A stretch of 64,000 bases of DNA, from the NCBI GenBank assembly GCA_965279375.1, contig OZ257156.1:480001-544000 (forward strand), given 5' to 3'. This document shows positions 1-9,851 of the stretch, piece after piece. Both the position numbers and the translations under genes were made by a program. A model generated the notes under the pieces. It saw only the letters and a program-made list of their open reading frames with translations, had not been told where the DNA came from and did not search any database. Within the stretch, counting starts at the first letter, position 1. Every line of letters starts with the position of its first letter. The stretch comes from Gemmatimonas sp. GTDB lineage: Bacteria > Gemmatimonadota > Gemmatimonadetes > Gemmatimonadales > Gemmatimonadaceae.

Positions 1-376
1 GACGCTTCGTCTCGTCGATCTTGACGTTCGGGTAACCGACGCTTGCAATCTGCACGATGCGATTGCCTTCGATCACCACGTCAACAGGGCCACGCGGCGC
101 GCTGCCGTAGCCGTCGATCAGGTTCACACCGCGCACGATGAGCCGGTTGAACGGCCCTTCGCCTTCCTTGCGCTTGGGCGCCGGGTTGGGATCCTCGCGC
201 CGCTCCGACTGCAGAAACATGTTGCCGGCCGTGTCGAGACTGGCGGGCTTTGCTTGCGCGGGCGTGGCTGCCGCACGCTGCGCCGCGAGCGACAGCGGCG
301 TGAAGGCAGCAGCGGCCGCGAGTGCGAGTGTAGGCGCAACACTCGCTGCGGTGAACGAGGGACGACGCAGGACCAT
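1..376 (-). CDS. Exported amidohydrolase-family protein, N-terminal part (truncated by window edge)
   Basis: Not in the ORF track. ATG at 376 with GGAGA upstream reads MVLRRPSFTAASVAPTLALAAAAAF (signal-like), then EGEGPFNRLIVRGVNLIDGYGSAPRGPVDVVIEGNRIVQI, the typical amidohydrolase N-terminal beta-sandwich. Confidence 0.8.
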   Translation of the reverse strand, partial: MVLRRPSFTAASVAPTLALAAAAAFTPLSLAAQRAAATPAQAKPASLDTAGNMFLQSERREDPNPAPKRKEGEGPFNRLIVRGVNLIDGYGSAPRGPVDVVIEGNRIVQIASVGYPNVKIDETKR

Positions 377-481
377 GGCGGTATCTCCGGAGATCGGGGC
401 TCGAACATCAAGACGCTCCCCTGAGATACCGCCAACCGGGACGGTCCGCTACTTCGGACTACTTCATGCCAGGTAGTGCTG

Positions 482-3034
482 CTACTTGCGTGGCTCGAGG
501 CTTTCCGCTGCGCGATCAGCGATGTCGCTCCAGTGTGCGCGATCGGTCGCCGTGCGTGCAGCCACGGCCGCTGCGCGCGCTTCACGCTGAATCTCGCGCA
601 GCTGCGCACGCGCCATCGCCGGCAGATCGCTCTGCGCGAGGTTGGGCGCCGTCACGAACGGCACCACGCGCTGCGGTCCGCCGCCACCACCACCGCCGCC
701 GAAACCGCCAGCGCCACCGGCAGGTGCCGTTGGCGGATTGACCAGCGCATCGAGCCGAGCGACGTACACGCGCTGCAACTGCCGACGATTGCCATCGGGC
801 GACGCGCCGCCAAACACGCTGCGCTTGAGATCACCCAGGTACTCCGCCAACGGATACGCATTCACCGCGTCGTACTTCTCCGACTCGGCGAAGCGCCCCA
901 GACGGCCCGCGTTCAGCAGCGACGTGACCACGCCCGCCTGTCGCCCCGACAGTGTGGCGTTCGGACCGATACGCGACACGATCTCCTGCGGCTGCAACCA
1001 CGATGGCGTAGTGAAGACATTGTCGCTCAGGAACGCGAGCGCGGCCTTCTGACGCGCCTTGGGGAGCACACGATAGACCGCGCCCGCCTGATCGGCCGTC
1101 TTGAGGTCCACCTGCACACCGCCCAGCATCGTGGCGACGTGGCCCATGTAGCCGGCCCACCGACCGATCGACTCTTCGTACAGCTCCTGCAGGTCCGTGT
1201 AGTCTTCGCCGGCGGTCGTGGTCCACGCGACGAGCTGCGGAATCATCCGCTTGTAGTTCATCACGGCGTAAGTGGACGACTTCACCGGATCGTCGCCAAG
1301 ATCTTCCGTCTGATTGCGCGGGTCGCCGCTGCCCAAGCCCTGATTGACGAAGCGATACGGGAACGGGCCGCTCTGCTGCGTGAGCCAGCGATTGAGCGTC
1401 GGCTTCTCGGCGTCGGCCGAATTGCCCGCAATGACGCGATAGCCCCAGTTGATCGCAAAGTCGTCGAAGGGTCCAAGGCGACGAATGAAATCCTTCGTCT
1501 TGAGGCCATCACCCGGCTGCGCGATGTAGTTCTGGCGCGCGTAATCCATGATCGTCGCGCTGACGCCGTACTTGCTCGTGAACGTCGGGCTGCGCAGCGA
1601 ATCCGTCGGGAACGACGCCGACGCCATCATGTTGTGCTGCAGGCCGAGCGCGTGTCCGATTTCGTGCGTGATCACCTGCCGCATCGTCTCGCCCATCAGC
1701 TCTTCGGGGATGTCGAGCGAACGCGCCGCAGGATTGGACGCACCCGTCTCCATGATGAGCCAGTTGCGATACGAGCGCATGTGGTTGTGATACCACGTGA
1801 TCTCGGAGTTGATGATCTCGCCCGAGCGCGGATCGTGCGTGTGCGGTCCCGTTGCGTTGCGCACGAGGCTCGCGGCCCAGCGCACGACGGAGTAGCGCGC
1901 GTCGTCCATGTCGAAATCGGGATCCTGCGCCTTGGTTGGTGCTTCCTTGGCGAGGATCGCGTTCTTGAAGCCCGCCTTCTCGAAGACGGCCTGCCAGTTC
2001 TCGACGCCTTCTTTAACGTAGCGTTTCCAGCGAGTCGGCGTCGCCGGGTCGAGATAGTAGACGATGGGCTTGATCGGCTCGACGAGTTCGCCGCGTGCGT
2101 AGGCGGCGGGGTCCTTGGGTTCGAGACGCCAGCGCGTGATGAACTCCTGCGAGGCGGCCTTCTGCACGTCGAGACCGTAGTTGACGCGGTCGACGCTGAA
2201 GAAGCCCACGCGCGGATCGAAGTTGCGCGGCTTCATCGGCACCTTGGGCAGCAGCACGATCGACTGCCGCGTTTCCATAGTGAGCGTGGAGCCATTGCGG
2301 TCGCCCGGCGGCGTGGCCGCATCGAACGTCTGTACCTGACGCACTTCGATGTTGATCGGGAAGCTGCGCATGCCACTCACGTAGCTGCGCGCCGGATCGT
2401 AGCGACGCACGCCGTAGGTGCGACGCGCATCGGCACTGAGCCCTGAGGTCGCGGGATTGTCCGTGGCGAAGAAGTCGGTGACATCGACCACGTACGCCGC
2501 GCTGTCGCGCGAAAAGGCCGCGATGGGAAATGCAGCGAGGATCGGCGCGTAGTTGTTCTGCGCGACGCTCTTGGCGATGGGAAGCGTGTCGTCGGCGACG
2601 ACATCGGGGCTGATGCTCTTGAGCAGCACGCGATCAGTCGCGCGCTCCCAGCGCACCATCCGCTCGTTGAGCGAGCTGCCGGCGCTCTGGAATCCACCAG
2701 AACCAGCCGGCACGCCAGCGACACGGGTGACCATCAGGAAGTCGCGACCGATCAACGAATCGGGCACTTCGAAGAAGAAGCGCTCATCGACCTTGTGCAC
2801 GGTGATGCCGCCGCGCTCGGTCACCGCGCGTGCCGTGATCACCTGCGCGTACGGGCGTGGGCCGCGACGAGCTGCCGCAGCGGCTGCCGGATTCGCGCCG
2901 GCCTCACCAGCGGCAGCAGGCGCCGCTGGCGGTGCCGCTGGTGGGTTCTGCGCCTGCGCGGCGGTAGCGGCGAGGCTCAACGCCGCGCCAAGCCCGCCGA
3001 GCGAACGTCCGAATTGACGTCCTGAGTATGCCAT
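482..3034 (-). CDS. Exported zinc metalloprotease (DUF5118-DUF5117-DUF4953/EcxA-like Met-zincin)
   Basis: HEIGHALGLQH zinc motif, IMDY Met-turn, DPRSGEII and PIVYYLDP motifs, signal peptide. Start set at ATG 3034 (CTGGAG RBS). Confidence 0.9.
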   Translation of the reverse strand: MAYSGRQFGRSLGGLGAALSLAATAAQAQNPPAAPPAAPAAAGEAGANPAAAAAARRGPRPYAQVITARAVTERGGITVHKVDERFFFEVPDSLIGRDFLMVTRVAGVPAGSGGFQSAGSSLNERMVRWERATDRVLLKSISPDVVADDTLPIAKSVAQNNYAPILAAFPIAAFSRDSAAYVVDVTDFFATDNPATSGLSADARRTYGVRRYDPARSYVSGMRSFPINIEVRQVQTFDAATPPGDRNGSTLTMETRQSIVLLPKVPMKPRNFDPRVGFFSVDRVNYGLDVQKAASQEFITRWRLEPKDPAAYARGELVEPIKPIVYYLDPATPTRWKRYVKEGVENWQAVFEKAGFKNAILAKEAPTKAQDPDFDMDDARYSVVRWAASLVRNATGPHTHDPRSGEIINSEITWYHNHMRSYRNWLIMETGASNPAARSLDIPEELMGETMRQVITHEIGHALGLQHNMMASASFPTDSLRSPTFTSKYGVSATIMDYARQNYIAQPGDGLKTKDFIRRLGPFDDFAINWGYRVIAGNSADAEKPTLNRWLTQQSGPFPYRFVNQGLGSGDPRNQTEDLGDDPVKSSTYAVMNYKRMIPQLVAWTTTAGEDYTDLQELYEESIGRWAGYMGHVATMLGGVQVDLKTADQAGAVYRVLPKARQKAALAFLSDNVFTTPSWLQPQEIVSRIGPNATLSGRQAGVVTSLLNAGRLGRFAESEKYDAVNAYPLAEYLGDLKRSVFGGASPDGNRRQLQRVYVARLDALVNPPTAPAGGAGGFGGGGGGGGPQRVVPFVTAPNLAQSDLPAMARAQLREIQREARAAAVAARTATDRAHWSDIADRAAESLEPRK

Positions 3035-3209
3035 TGCAACTCCAGTGAGATCCGCGCGACGACGACGCGGGGGGAAGTCGGCAGCCGAACGCTGCCGCAG
3101 ACGTGATGCGAACGAGGCAAGTCTCGCGTGAGGAGGCAGCCCGAGCAAGGCGCGAGCTGCGCTACTCTGCGAACTCGCCAGCGTGACGATGGCGTGCTAC
3201 CCTTGGCGC

Positions 3210-4898
3210 ATGCACACCACACCTGCCGCACGCGTCCTGATCTTCACGCTCCTCTGCGGGTTCGCCGCCCCCCAGATCGCGTCCGCCCAATCGGATACAG
3301 ACGCACGCTTGCGTCGCGCCAAGGCAGCAGCCGAGCGCATTCGGTCCGAGGATATTCTGCGAGACGTGAGCTATCTCGCCTCCGACGCGAACATGGGTCG
3401 GCGTACCCCGTTCCCCGGGCTCGCCTCACCCGGATATGACTCGGCGGCCAAATACGTAGCGGACTTCCTGCGCACCGCAGGCGTCAAGCCGATGGGCGAC
3501 GGCGGCACCTACTTTCAGTACTACACCGTCACGCGCAGCACGCTGGATACCGTGAAGGTCAGTGGTGCGATTGGGGCCGAACCGCTCAAGTGGGGCGACG
3601 ACTTCATCGTGAACAGCTTTCTCGTGCCCGGCGTGCGCGACGCCAATGTGGTTTATGTCGGCAATGGCATTCGCCTGCTCAAGCGCGGCATCGATCCGTA
3701 CGCCGGTTTGGACATCAAGGGAAAGTGGCTGCTGGTCAGCGGCGCGCCGCCACAGACAGGACGCGGCGCCGTACGGGCCGGCATGCCCGCCGGCACGGTG
3801 GGTATCGACTACCTCACGATCACCGAAGTGGCGCGGTTTGGTGGCGCACTGGGCATCATCACCGTCGCCAGCGATTCCGTGCGAGCCAACTGGTCGCGAC
3901 GCGCCGTGATTGGGCAGGATCTCAACCCAGCGCTCGGTGTGGCGTACGCGCAGTATCAGGTGCCGAGTATTTCGATTTCAACTGCGGCATTGTCGAAACT
4001 GGTCGCTGGCACATCGTTGTCGTCGGAAATGGTGCTCTCGCGTGATTCCACCATTGCGCGACCGTCGCTTGACCTCGGCGCGGACCATCGGCTGCGCATC
4101 GACTTTGCGGCGACCACGTTGGACGCGCGTCCGTACAATGTCGTTGGCATGCTGGAAGGCTCAGACCCTGTGCTCAAGAACGAGTGGGTGTCGCTGGCGG
4201 CGCATCTCGACGGTGCCGTGCCCGCCAACGGGAGTGTACCGGGCAACGCACTACCCGATCAGTTCAACGCCGCCGATGACAATGCCAGCGGCAGCGCTGG
4301 CAACATGGCCGTGGTGCGCGCCCTGCTGGCTGCGCCGCGTCCGAAGCGGTCGATCCTGCTGATCTGGGACTCCGGTGAAGAAGTCGGACTGTGGGGGACG
4401 CGGGCGATCGCCTACGGACCGTGGTCCGAGAAGATCGTGCTGCACGTCAGCAACGACATGATCGGTCGCAGTCGACCCAACAACAGCCCCAAAGAGCTGA
4501 CCTTGTCCTCGACCGACTCGATTTATGTGACGGGACCGATGCTGCTTAGCACGCGCATCGAAGCGGCGCTCAAGCAAGCCGCGAAAGACTTTCCGTTCAT
4601 TGCGCTGGACCGTCGATACGAAGACGTGAGTGCCGCGTACTACTACCCGCGCACCGATGCCGGTCCGTATCTCGAGCGCGGGATTCCCATCATGCAGTTC
4701 TTCAATGGCGAGCACGTCGACTATCATCGGCCGACCGATGATGTGGCGAAGCTCGACATCCGGAAGATCACCAACGTTTCCAAGTTGTCATTCGGTGCGC
4801 TCTGGCTCGCCGCCGATGACGCGTCGCGTCTGCTCTGGGACGGGATCGTGCCCGAGACACTCTGGTGGGTGAAGCCGCGACGGGCCGCGACGCCGTAG
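3210..4898 (+). CDS. M28-family peptidase with PA insert, exported
   Basis: AHLD, ADDNASG, GEEVG, NDMIG and DYH zinc/catalytic motifs, signal peptide. Start set at ATG 3210. Confidence 0.88.
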   Translation: MHTTPAARVLIFTLLCGFAAPQIASAQSDTDARLRRAKAAAERIRSEDILRDVSYLASDANMGRRTPFPGLASPGYDSAAKYVADFLRTAGVKPMGDGGTYFQYYTVTRSTLDTVKVSGAIGAEPLKWGDDFIVNSFLVPGVRDANVVYVGNGIRLLKRGIDPYAGLDIKGKWLLVSGAPPQTGRGAVRAGMPAGTVGIDYLTITEVARFGGALGIITVASDSVRANWSRRAVIGQDLNPALGVAYAQYQVPSISISTAALSKLVAGTSLSSEMVLSRDSTIARPSLDLGADHRLRIDFAATTLDARPYNVVGMLEGSDPVLKNEWVSLAAHLDGAVPANGSVPGNALPDQFNAADDNASGSAGNMAVVRALLAAPRPKRSILLIWDSGEEVGLWGTRAIAYGPWSEKIVLHVSNDMIGRSRPNNSPKELTLSSTDSIYVTGPMLLSTRIEAALKQAAKDFPFIALDRRYEDVSAAYYYPRTDAGPYLERGIPIMQFFNGEHVDYHRPTDDVAKLDIRKITNVSKLSFGALWLAADDASRLLWDGIVPETLWWVKPRRAATP

Positions 4899-4935
4899 CG
4901 TCACGACGCCGTAACGTCACGACGCCGTAACGTCA
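4888..4935. repeat. Three tandem 16-bp repeats CGACGCCGTA(G/A)CGTCA between convergent genes
   Basis: Units at 4888-4903, 4904-4919 and 4920-4935, read directly from the sequence. Confidence 0.92.
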
Positions 4936-5937
4936 GGACGCGATGGACAGCGCTGCGATCCCTTTGCCCAGCGTGAAGCTCGACCCGACGGCACTCACCA
5001 CCGCGTTCTTTCGCGTCAATCCTGCTCGGGCTCGTATGCGATACACCGCCTCGATGCCCGTGCAGTGTCCGCCGAGCAGGTAAGTGAGGCCCGCCTCCTT
5101 GAGCTTGCCCGCGGTCCACTCAAGCTGTTCGTCGGTGGCGTTGAACAGATGGAACCCACCGATGGCGGCGTGCAGCGGTGCGTCTCGTACCACGCGCTTG
5201 GCGTAGGTCACGGTGTTGACGATGCCAGCATGCCCACAGCCTGACACAAGCACCAGGCCGTCTGCGGTATCGATCACCAGCGAGGCATCCTCGGGGACGT
5301 TGTCGTCGACGTCACCCGTGGGCGTCTTGAGCACTCGTGATCCGCTCCAGTTACGCTCGGGGAATGTGCGGGGCACCGGTCCCGTGAACCACACACCCGG
5401 CGCGAGCTCTTCCGCGCCGGCATGCTCCACAAATACGCCGCCCGTCGCTTCGTAGGCGGCGCGATCCTTCAGCAAGCCGTTGTCATCCGAGCCGTTGGGG
5501 TTCAAACGTGGCCAGAAGATGCCACGGGCAACATGCACGCGGCTCAGCGCCGCGGCGTTCTTCGCTCGCATCGCACGACGCAGCGTGAGCAGTCCGCCCG
5601 TGTGATCGTCGTGATTGTGCGTGATCACCACGTCGGTGATGCTGGAAAGATCGATACCCAGTTCCGCCGCGTTCTTCAGCACGGTCTCAGGGCGCGCACC
5701 GGTGTCGAACAACCAGCGTCGGCCGTCCACCTCGATCAGCGCAGCGTATCCCCACTCGCCTGTTCCGCGATCCGGGTTGCCGGCGAGCATGGTGGAGAGC
5801 ACCGTGACCTTCACTTCACGGGCGAGTGCATGCGCGGCGGGTCGCGGACGAGAAGCGGTGCTGGACGGCGTCAGGCCGGTTACGGGAAGCAGCAGAGACG
5901 CCGCGGCGGCGAGTGAAAGCAATCGCATGATGTGCAT
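4933..5937 (-). CDS. Exported MBL-fold metallo-hydrolase
   Basis: LFDTG, THNHDDHTGG, SGCGHAG, GGFHL and GHCTG motifs, signal peptide. Confidence 0.88.
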   Translation of the reverse strand: MHIMRLLSLAAAASLLLPVTGLTPSSTASRPRPAAHALAREVKVTVLSTMLAGNPDRGTGEWGYAALIEVDGRRWLFDTGARPETVLKNAAELGIDLSSITDVVITHNHDDHTGGLLTLRRAMRAKNAAALSRVHVARGIFWPRLNPNGSDDNGLLKDRAAYEATGGVFVEHAGAEELAPGVWFTGPVPRTFPERNWSGSRVLKTPTGDVDDNVPEDASLVIDTADGLVLVSGCGHAGIVNTVTYAKRVVRDAPLHAAIGGFHLFNATDEQLEWTAGKLKEAGLTYLLGGHCTGIEAVYRIRARAGLTRKNAVVSAVGSSFTLGKGIAALSIAS

Positions 5938-5958
5938 CAGGAAACGGGGGTGAGTGGA

Positions 5959-7413
5959 TCAGGGGCGCGGACGCCCCGGTGCACTGCTTCCGCGAGCGGA
6001 CAACCACGTCGCAATGATGTCGCGCACCTCCACGCCGGTGCTGTTGCGCACCACGCGCCCGAGCACGTCAGCGGTCACCGGCGTTGGCGAGTCAGCGCAC
6101 CACGACATCACGCCGCGCGCCACATCGCGAAAGGTACGCTTGCCCTTGGTGGCGCGGCGAATGCGCTGATCGATCGCTTCCGCCATCAGCCCGCCGCGCC
6201 CGAATACGGCCTGACTGATGCGAAAGTCGTCCGAATACTGATGCGACGCAACGGCGGACAGCGCGCCGGTCGTGCGGCCACCAAGCGGAGCGAGCGTGTC
6301 GAGCGCGGCCGCATCGAACCGGACGGCAGCGCGCGCACGCCGAAGCTGCTCCGCGTCCGCGCCCGTACCTGCGGCGATATCCGCCGCGATGTACTGCGCC
6401 CATCCCTCGGAGAACCAGATTCCTTCAATAGGCTCGGCGAAGTCCCACGTGAACGGATAGTAGCCCGCGGGTGCACACTGCTTGGGAAGCCAGCTGTGCA
6501 CGGTGTGATGCACGAGGTTGTAGTACGTGCGACTGCGACCGGCATCGCTCATGTCCACCTGGCCCAGTGCGAACCGGTAGGTGGCGCTCTCCAGATGCTC
6601 CATCGAGAAGCGATACTCGTGTGCGCTGGAGAGCGGCCGCAGTAGTTCGAACGATGTGGTGTAATGCGAAACCGGAATCGTCCCGAAGTAGTCCGCCGTG
6701 GCACGCAGCGCAGTCGCAGCGAGCTCCGCGAGGCTGTCGGCCGCGAACGGTTGCTCCGCGTACAGTGCCAGCGTGAACGGCACGGCACTCGACGCGTTGC
6801 TCAACACCAGATCGGGGCCAGCCATGATCTGCGCATCGGCAAGCGCGTAGAAGTTGCGGACATTCACACGAACGGAACCCGCCGATGCGCCGTGCACCAA
6901 CGTGGTCAGCACGCGCCATGACGACGGCACTTGCACGTCGAGCTGAATCGGCGCGTCGGTGAGTCCGTCCACGAAACCGAACACGGAGTATCCGAGCAAG
7001 CCGAGATATCCGGCGCGCACTCGACTGGCGTCGCCACCGTTGAGAATCTCGCGCTCCATGCGCGCGATGTTGACCTGGTATCGAATCGAGGCGAGGGAGT
7101 GCGCCGCGTCGGCGTCGATACGCCACCTCGGACCATCGAGATCGATGACCGTGAGCGCGTTCCCCGACGCATCACGCGCGTCCAAACCGCTGACGAATCG
7201 ATCGTACGGTTGCGTCCCGTATCCCATGGGGATCGCGCGCGGCATACCGAAATCGACACGGCGCCGGCGCGGCTGTGGCAGCGCGATCTCGATCGAGACC
7301 ATCGAGTCAGCCGCGGTGTCGTAGCGCACGCGATACGTGAGTACAGGAGGCTCCTGCACCGCGATCGTCACGGAAGCCAGCAGAGCAAGCAGCATGTGGT
7401 GTCCTCGAGACAT
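5959..7413 (-). CDS. M61 glycyl-aminopeptidase-like protein with altered zinc motif
   Basis: SMEHLES, LVHHTVHSW and IWFSEGWAQY line up with M61 LEH..S, HExxH.W and LW..EG.T.Y. No PDZ domain is apparent. Confidence 0.72.
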   Translation of the reverse strand: MSRGHHMLLALLASVTIAVQEPPVLTYRVRYDTAADSMVSIEIALPQPRRRRVDFGMPRAIPMGYGTQPYDRFVSGLDARDASGNALTVIDLDGPRWRIDADAAHSLASIRYQVNIARMEREILNGGDASRVRAGYLGLLGYSVFGFVDGLTDAPIQLDVQVPSSWRVLTTLVHGASAGSVRVNVRNFYALADAQIMAGPDLVLSNASSAVPFTLALYAEQPFAADSLAELAATALRATADYFGTIPVSHYTTSFELLRPLSSAHEYRFSMEHLESATYRFALGQVDMSDAGRSRTYYNLVHHTVHSWLPKQCAPAGYYPFTWDFAEPIEGIWFSEGWAQYIAADIAAGTGADAEQLRRARAAVRFDAAALDTLAPLGGRTTGALSAVASHQYSDDFRISQAVFGRGGLMAEAIDQRIRRATKGKRTFRDVARGVMSWCADSPTPVTADVLGRVVRNSTGVEVRDIIATWLSARGSSAPGRPRP

Positions 7414-7525
7414 GTCTTCGCGATGCGATGACCGTGCCTGCGTGATTCCGTTTGTCAGGCTGGCCGGACTCCATGGTACGCTGCGGCGTGATCCCTTGCC
7501 AACCGTTCTTCGCGCCGAGCACTAT

Positions 7526-8095
7526 ATGGCCATGCCCGCAACGCAATCGCATCGGTGGACAGCGGACGACGTCCGCGCGCTTCCCGACGAACCAGGAAAG
7601 CGCTTCGAGTGCGTTGACGGCGAGCTGCTGGTGAGTCCCGGACCGCGACTGCCGCATCAGTCCGCAGTATTTCTGTTGACGCGAGACCTGGACGGATACT
7701 GCCGGTCGCAGGGCGTCGGGTCGGTTTTCACTGGCCCAGGCGAACTGGAGCTCGACCGCTACACGCTCGTGCAGCCCGACGTCTTCGTGTTGCCGCTGGT
7801 CGATGGCAAGCGAGCCGTTACGCAGGAAGCGGCGGGACATCCTCTGCTGTTCGTCGAGGTGCTCTCACCTGGAACGGCGCGCTACGATCGGGTGGTCAAG
7901 CGCGGGCGCTATCAGCGCTACTGCGTCGAATACTGGATCGCCGACCTCGACGCGCGCGTCATCGAACGGTGGACGCCGTCCACCGACCGACCGGAGATCC
8001 TGACCGGCTCGATGACATGGCAGCCCGAGTCGTCGCTCGCGCCGCTCACGATCGATCTCGACGCGCTGTTCGGAGAGGCGCTGGGCGAGCGCTAA
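7526..8095 (+). CDS. Uma2-family (PD-(D/E)xK-like) putative endonuclease
   Basis: WTADD...RFECVDGEL.VSPGP...HQ, VQPDVFV, VEVLSPGTARYDRVVKR and EYWIAD motifs. Start at 7526 or 7532. Confidence 0.88.
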   Translation: MAMPATQSHRWTADDVRALPDEPGKRFECVDGELLVSPGPRLPHQSAVFLLTRDLDGYCRSQGVGSVFTGPGELELDRYTLVQPDVFVLPLVDGKRAVTQEAAGHPLLFVEVLSPGTARYDRVVKRGRYQRYCVEYWIADLDARVIERWTPSTDRPEILTGSMTWQPESSLAPLTIDLDALFGEALGER

Positions 8096-8099
8096 TCAG

Positions 8100-9287
8100 T
8101 CAGCGCTTTTCCCACGGATTCGCGAACGCCGGATTCCGCAGGAACGTCGAGTCGGTGAGCGTCTCGAGAAACGCCAGCAGATCCGCCTTGTCCGTGGCGG
8201 ACATCGCAAAGCCGTGCACACTCGGCGCCTTGTTGGGGTTGTTGCGCCCCACGCCGGCGTTGGGACCGCTGGCGATGGTGCGTCCGCCGGCGGCGTAGTG
8301 ATCGAGCACCTCGCCCAGCGTCGCGATGGATCCGTCGTGCATGTAGGGCGCGGTCACCGCGATGTTGCGCAGCGTCGGCACGCGGAACTTGCCTACGTCG
8401 GATTCGCGCCCGGTGATCGCATGCACGCCAGTATTGCTGGCTGGATAGGAGACAGGCCCCGGGATGTTGTAGAGTCCTGTGTTGAAGAAGGAGACCCGAG
8501 CATTGTCGTGGTCGGCATAGCGCACGTCGCCGTTGAAATTCCAGCCGCCGTGGCACTGGAAGCAGGCGCCGCGTTGCCCCGAGAAGAAAAAGATCTCGCC
8601 GCGCTTGGCCGCCGGTGAGATCGCATCGCGCTCGCCGCCGTAGCGATACCGATCGTACGGGGAGCGCAGCGAGATGAGCGTTCGTTCAAAGGCGGCGATA
8701 GCTCGCGTGATGTTCTCCAGCGAGACCTTCTCGTGCTCCGTCGGGAAGGCGCGCGCGAACAACCGTCGATACAGCCCGTCGTTTGAAATCGTGCGCATCA
8801 ACGCGTCCTGGCGACCGCCCAGCCCAAGCTCGATGGGGTGCGCTGCGAACATCGGCACGAGCGCCTGGCTTTCGAGCCACTGCATTGGGGGGTTAGCCCA
8901 AGTCAGCACCGGATTGTACCCGGCATTTGCCAGACTCATGCTGCCGCGCGGATGCTGCTCGCCCGTGGCACCTACTGCGCTCGCCTTGCCATCGGTGAAC
9001 GCGAGTTCCTGCCGATGGCAGCTCGCGCACGACTGCTTTCCGTTGCCCGACAGGCGTTGATCGTAGAACAACCGTCGTCCCAGTTCGACCTTGGCCGCAT
9101 TCATGGGATTGTCCGCAGGCACAAAGGGCGCAGGGAACGGCTTGGGCACATCGAAGACAAACGGCGCGTCCTGCGCGCGCACGCCACGCGTCGTGAAGGG
9201 TGCCGACCCCAATGGCGCCGTCGCATGCGGCACCAGCGAGAGCAGGATCAGCAGCGCGATCGCGCTCGGGATACTCATCCGCTTCAT
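8100..9287 (-). CDS. Di-haem cytochrome c peroxidase-family enzyme, MbnH/MauG-like
   Basis: Two CxxCH motifs (CASCH, CFQCH), PADNPM...KVELGRRLFYD, LTWANP, GKFRVPTLRNIAVTAPYMHDGS, signal peptide. Confidence 0.88.
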   Translation of the reverse strand: MKRMSIPSAIALLILLSLVPHATAPLGSAPFTTRGVRAQDAPFVFDVPKPFPAPFVPADNPMNAAKVELGRRLFYDQRLSGNGKQSCASCHRQELAFTDGKASAVGATGEQHPRGSMSLANAGYNPVLTWANPPMQWLESQALVPMFAAHPIELGLGGRQDALMRTISNDGLYRRLFARAFPTEHEKVSLENITRAIAAFERTLISLRSPYDRYRYGGERDAISPAAKRGEIFFFSGQRGACFQCHGGWNFNGDVRYADHDNARVSFFNTGLYNIPGPVSYPASNTGVHAITGRESDVGKFRVPTLRNIAVTAPYMHDGSIATLGEVLDHYAAGGRTIASGPNAGVGRNNPNKAPSVHGFAMSATDKADLLAFLETLTDSTFLRNPAFANPWEKR

Positions 9288-9296
9288 CGGTGATGC

Positions 9297-9851
9297 CTAC
9301 TTGCTCACCTGCACGACGGTGAGCGACGACAACAGTCGCACCGAGCGCGCGCCGCGCTTGTCCTTGGGCACGACAAGTCGGAACGCGCCCTGCTCGCCAA
9401 AGAGCGGCTGCCCGTTGGCGCTGTCGGCCAGCAGGTACTGCCCGTCCGTGAGATCGGGATCGAGCTCGCCCAGCGAGAACACCACCTGATAGCCATCGCT
9501 GGCTGCTGCGATCAGGTACCCGGCGAGGGCACGGCCGCGCATCCCTGCGCCAAAAGGGACGCCCGCGCGCTTGAGCACCTCGGAAATCAGCACGCCGCTG
9601 TACGTCGTAACGATCCCGTTGCTGGTGGTGCTCACGGTGACACGCGGCATGGCCGCGAGATCGCTCGCCGACAACGTGAGCGGCGTCGGGACGGCACCAG
9701 TGATCGAGACTGTCGGCGCGCTTGCTGTAGCCTGCTGCGCCCGTGCGCTGCTCGTGACGGGCGACGGCGCCGCGGCGACGACTGCCCAGAGGAGCGCGAG
9801 CCCGCGGAGCCGGTGCGACCACTCAGACGAATGTCGGGAAGCGAAACTCAT
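9297..9851 (-). CDS. Small exported molybdopterin-oxidoreductase-fold protein
   Basis: ITGAV..PLTLS..DL..MP, YSGVLISEVL, A.DGY.VVFSLGELD and GQPL..EQGAFRLVVP.DKR.ARSVR pattern. Start at 9851 or 9872. Confidence 0.72.
   Translation of the reverse strand: MSFASRHSSEWSHRLRGLALLWAVVAAAPSPVTSSARAQQATASAPTVSITGAVPTPLTLSASDLAAMPRVTVSTTSNGIVTTYSGVLISEVLKRAGVPFGAGMRGRALAGYLIAAASDGYQVVFSLGELDPDLTDGQYLLADSANGQPLFGEQGAFRLVVPKDKRGARSVRLLSSLTVVQVSK

Noticed and set aside
476..2446. Long antisense ORFs (also 10384-12219, 18552-20321, 23075-26137, 38454-39515)
   Set aside because: They are shadow frames opposite well-supported genes, expected at high GC3, and carry no motifs.
4888..4935. Tandem repeat as a mini CRISPR array
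   Set aside because: The units are 16 bp, there are no spacers and no cas genes.
7526..8095. Uma2 gene as part of a restriction or defence island
   Set aside because: It is solitary, with no DNA methyltransferase or other defence gene adjacent.
8100..9287. Methanobactin biosynthesis cluster
   Set aside because: No mbnA, mbnB, mbnC or mbnP-like gene is in the window.
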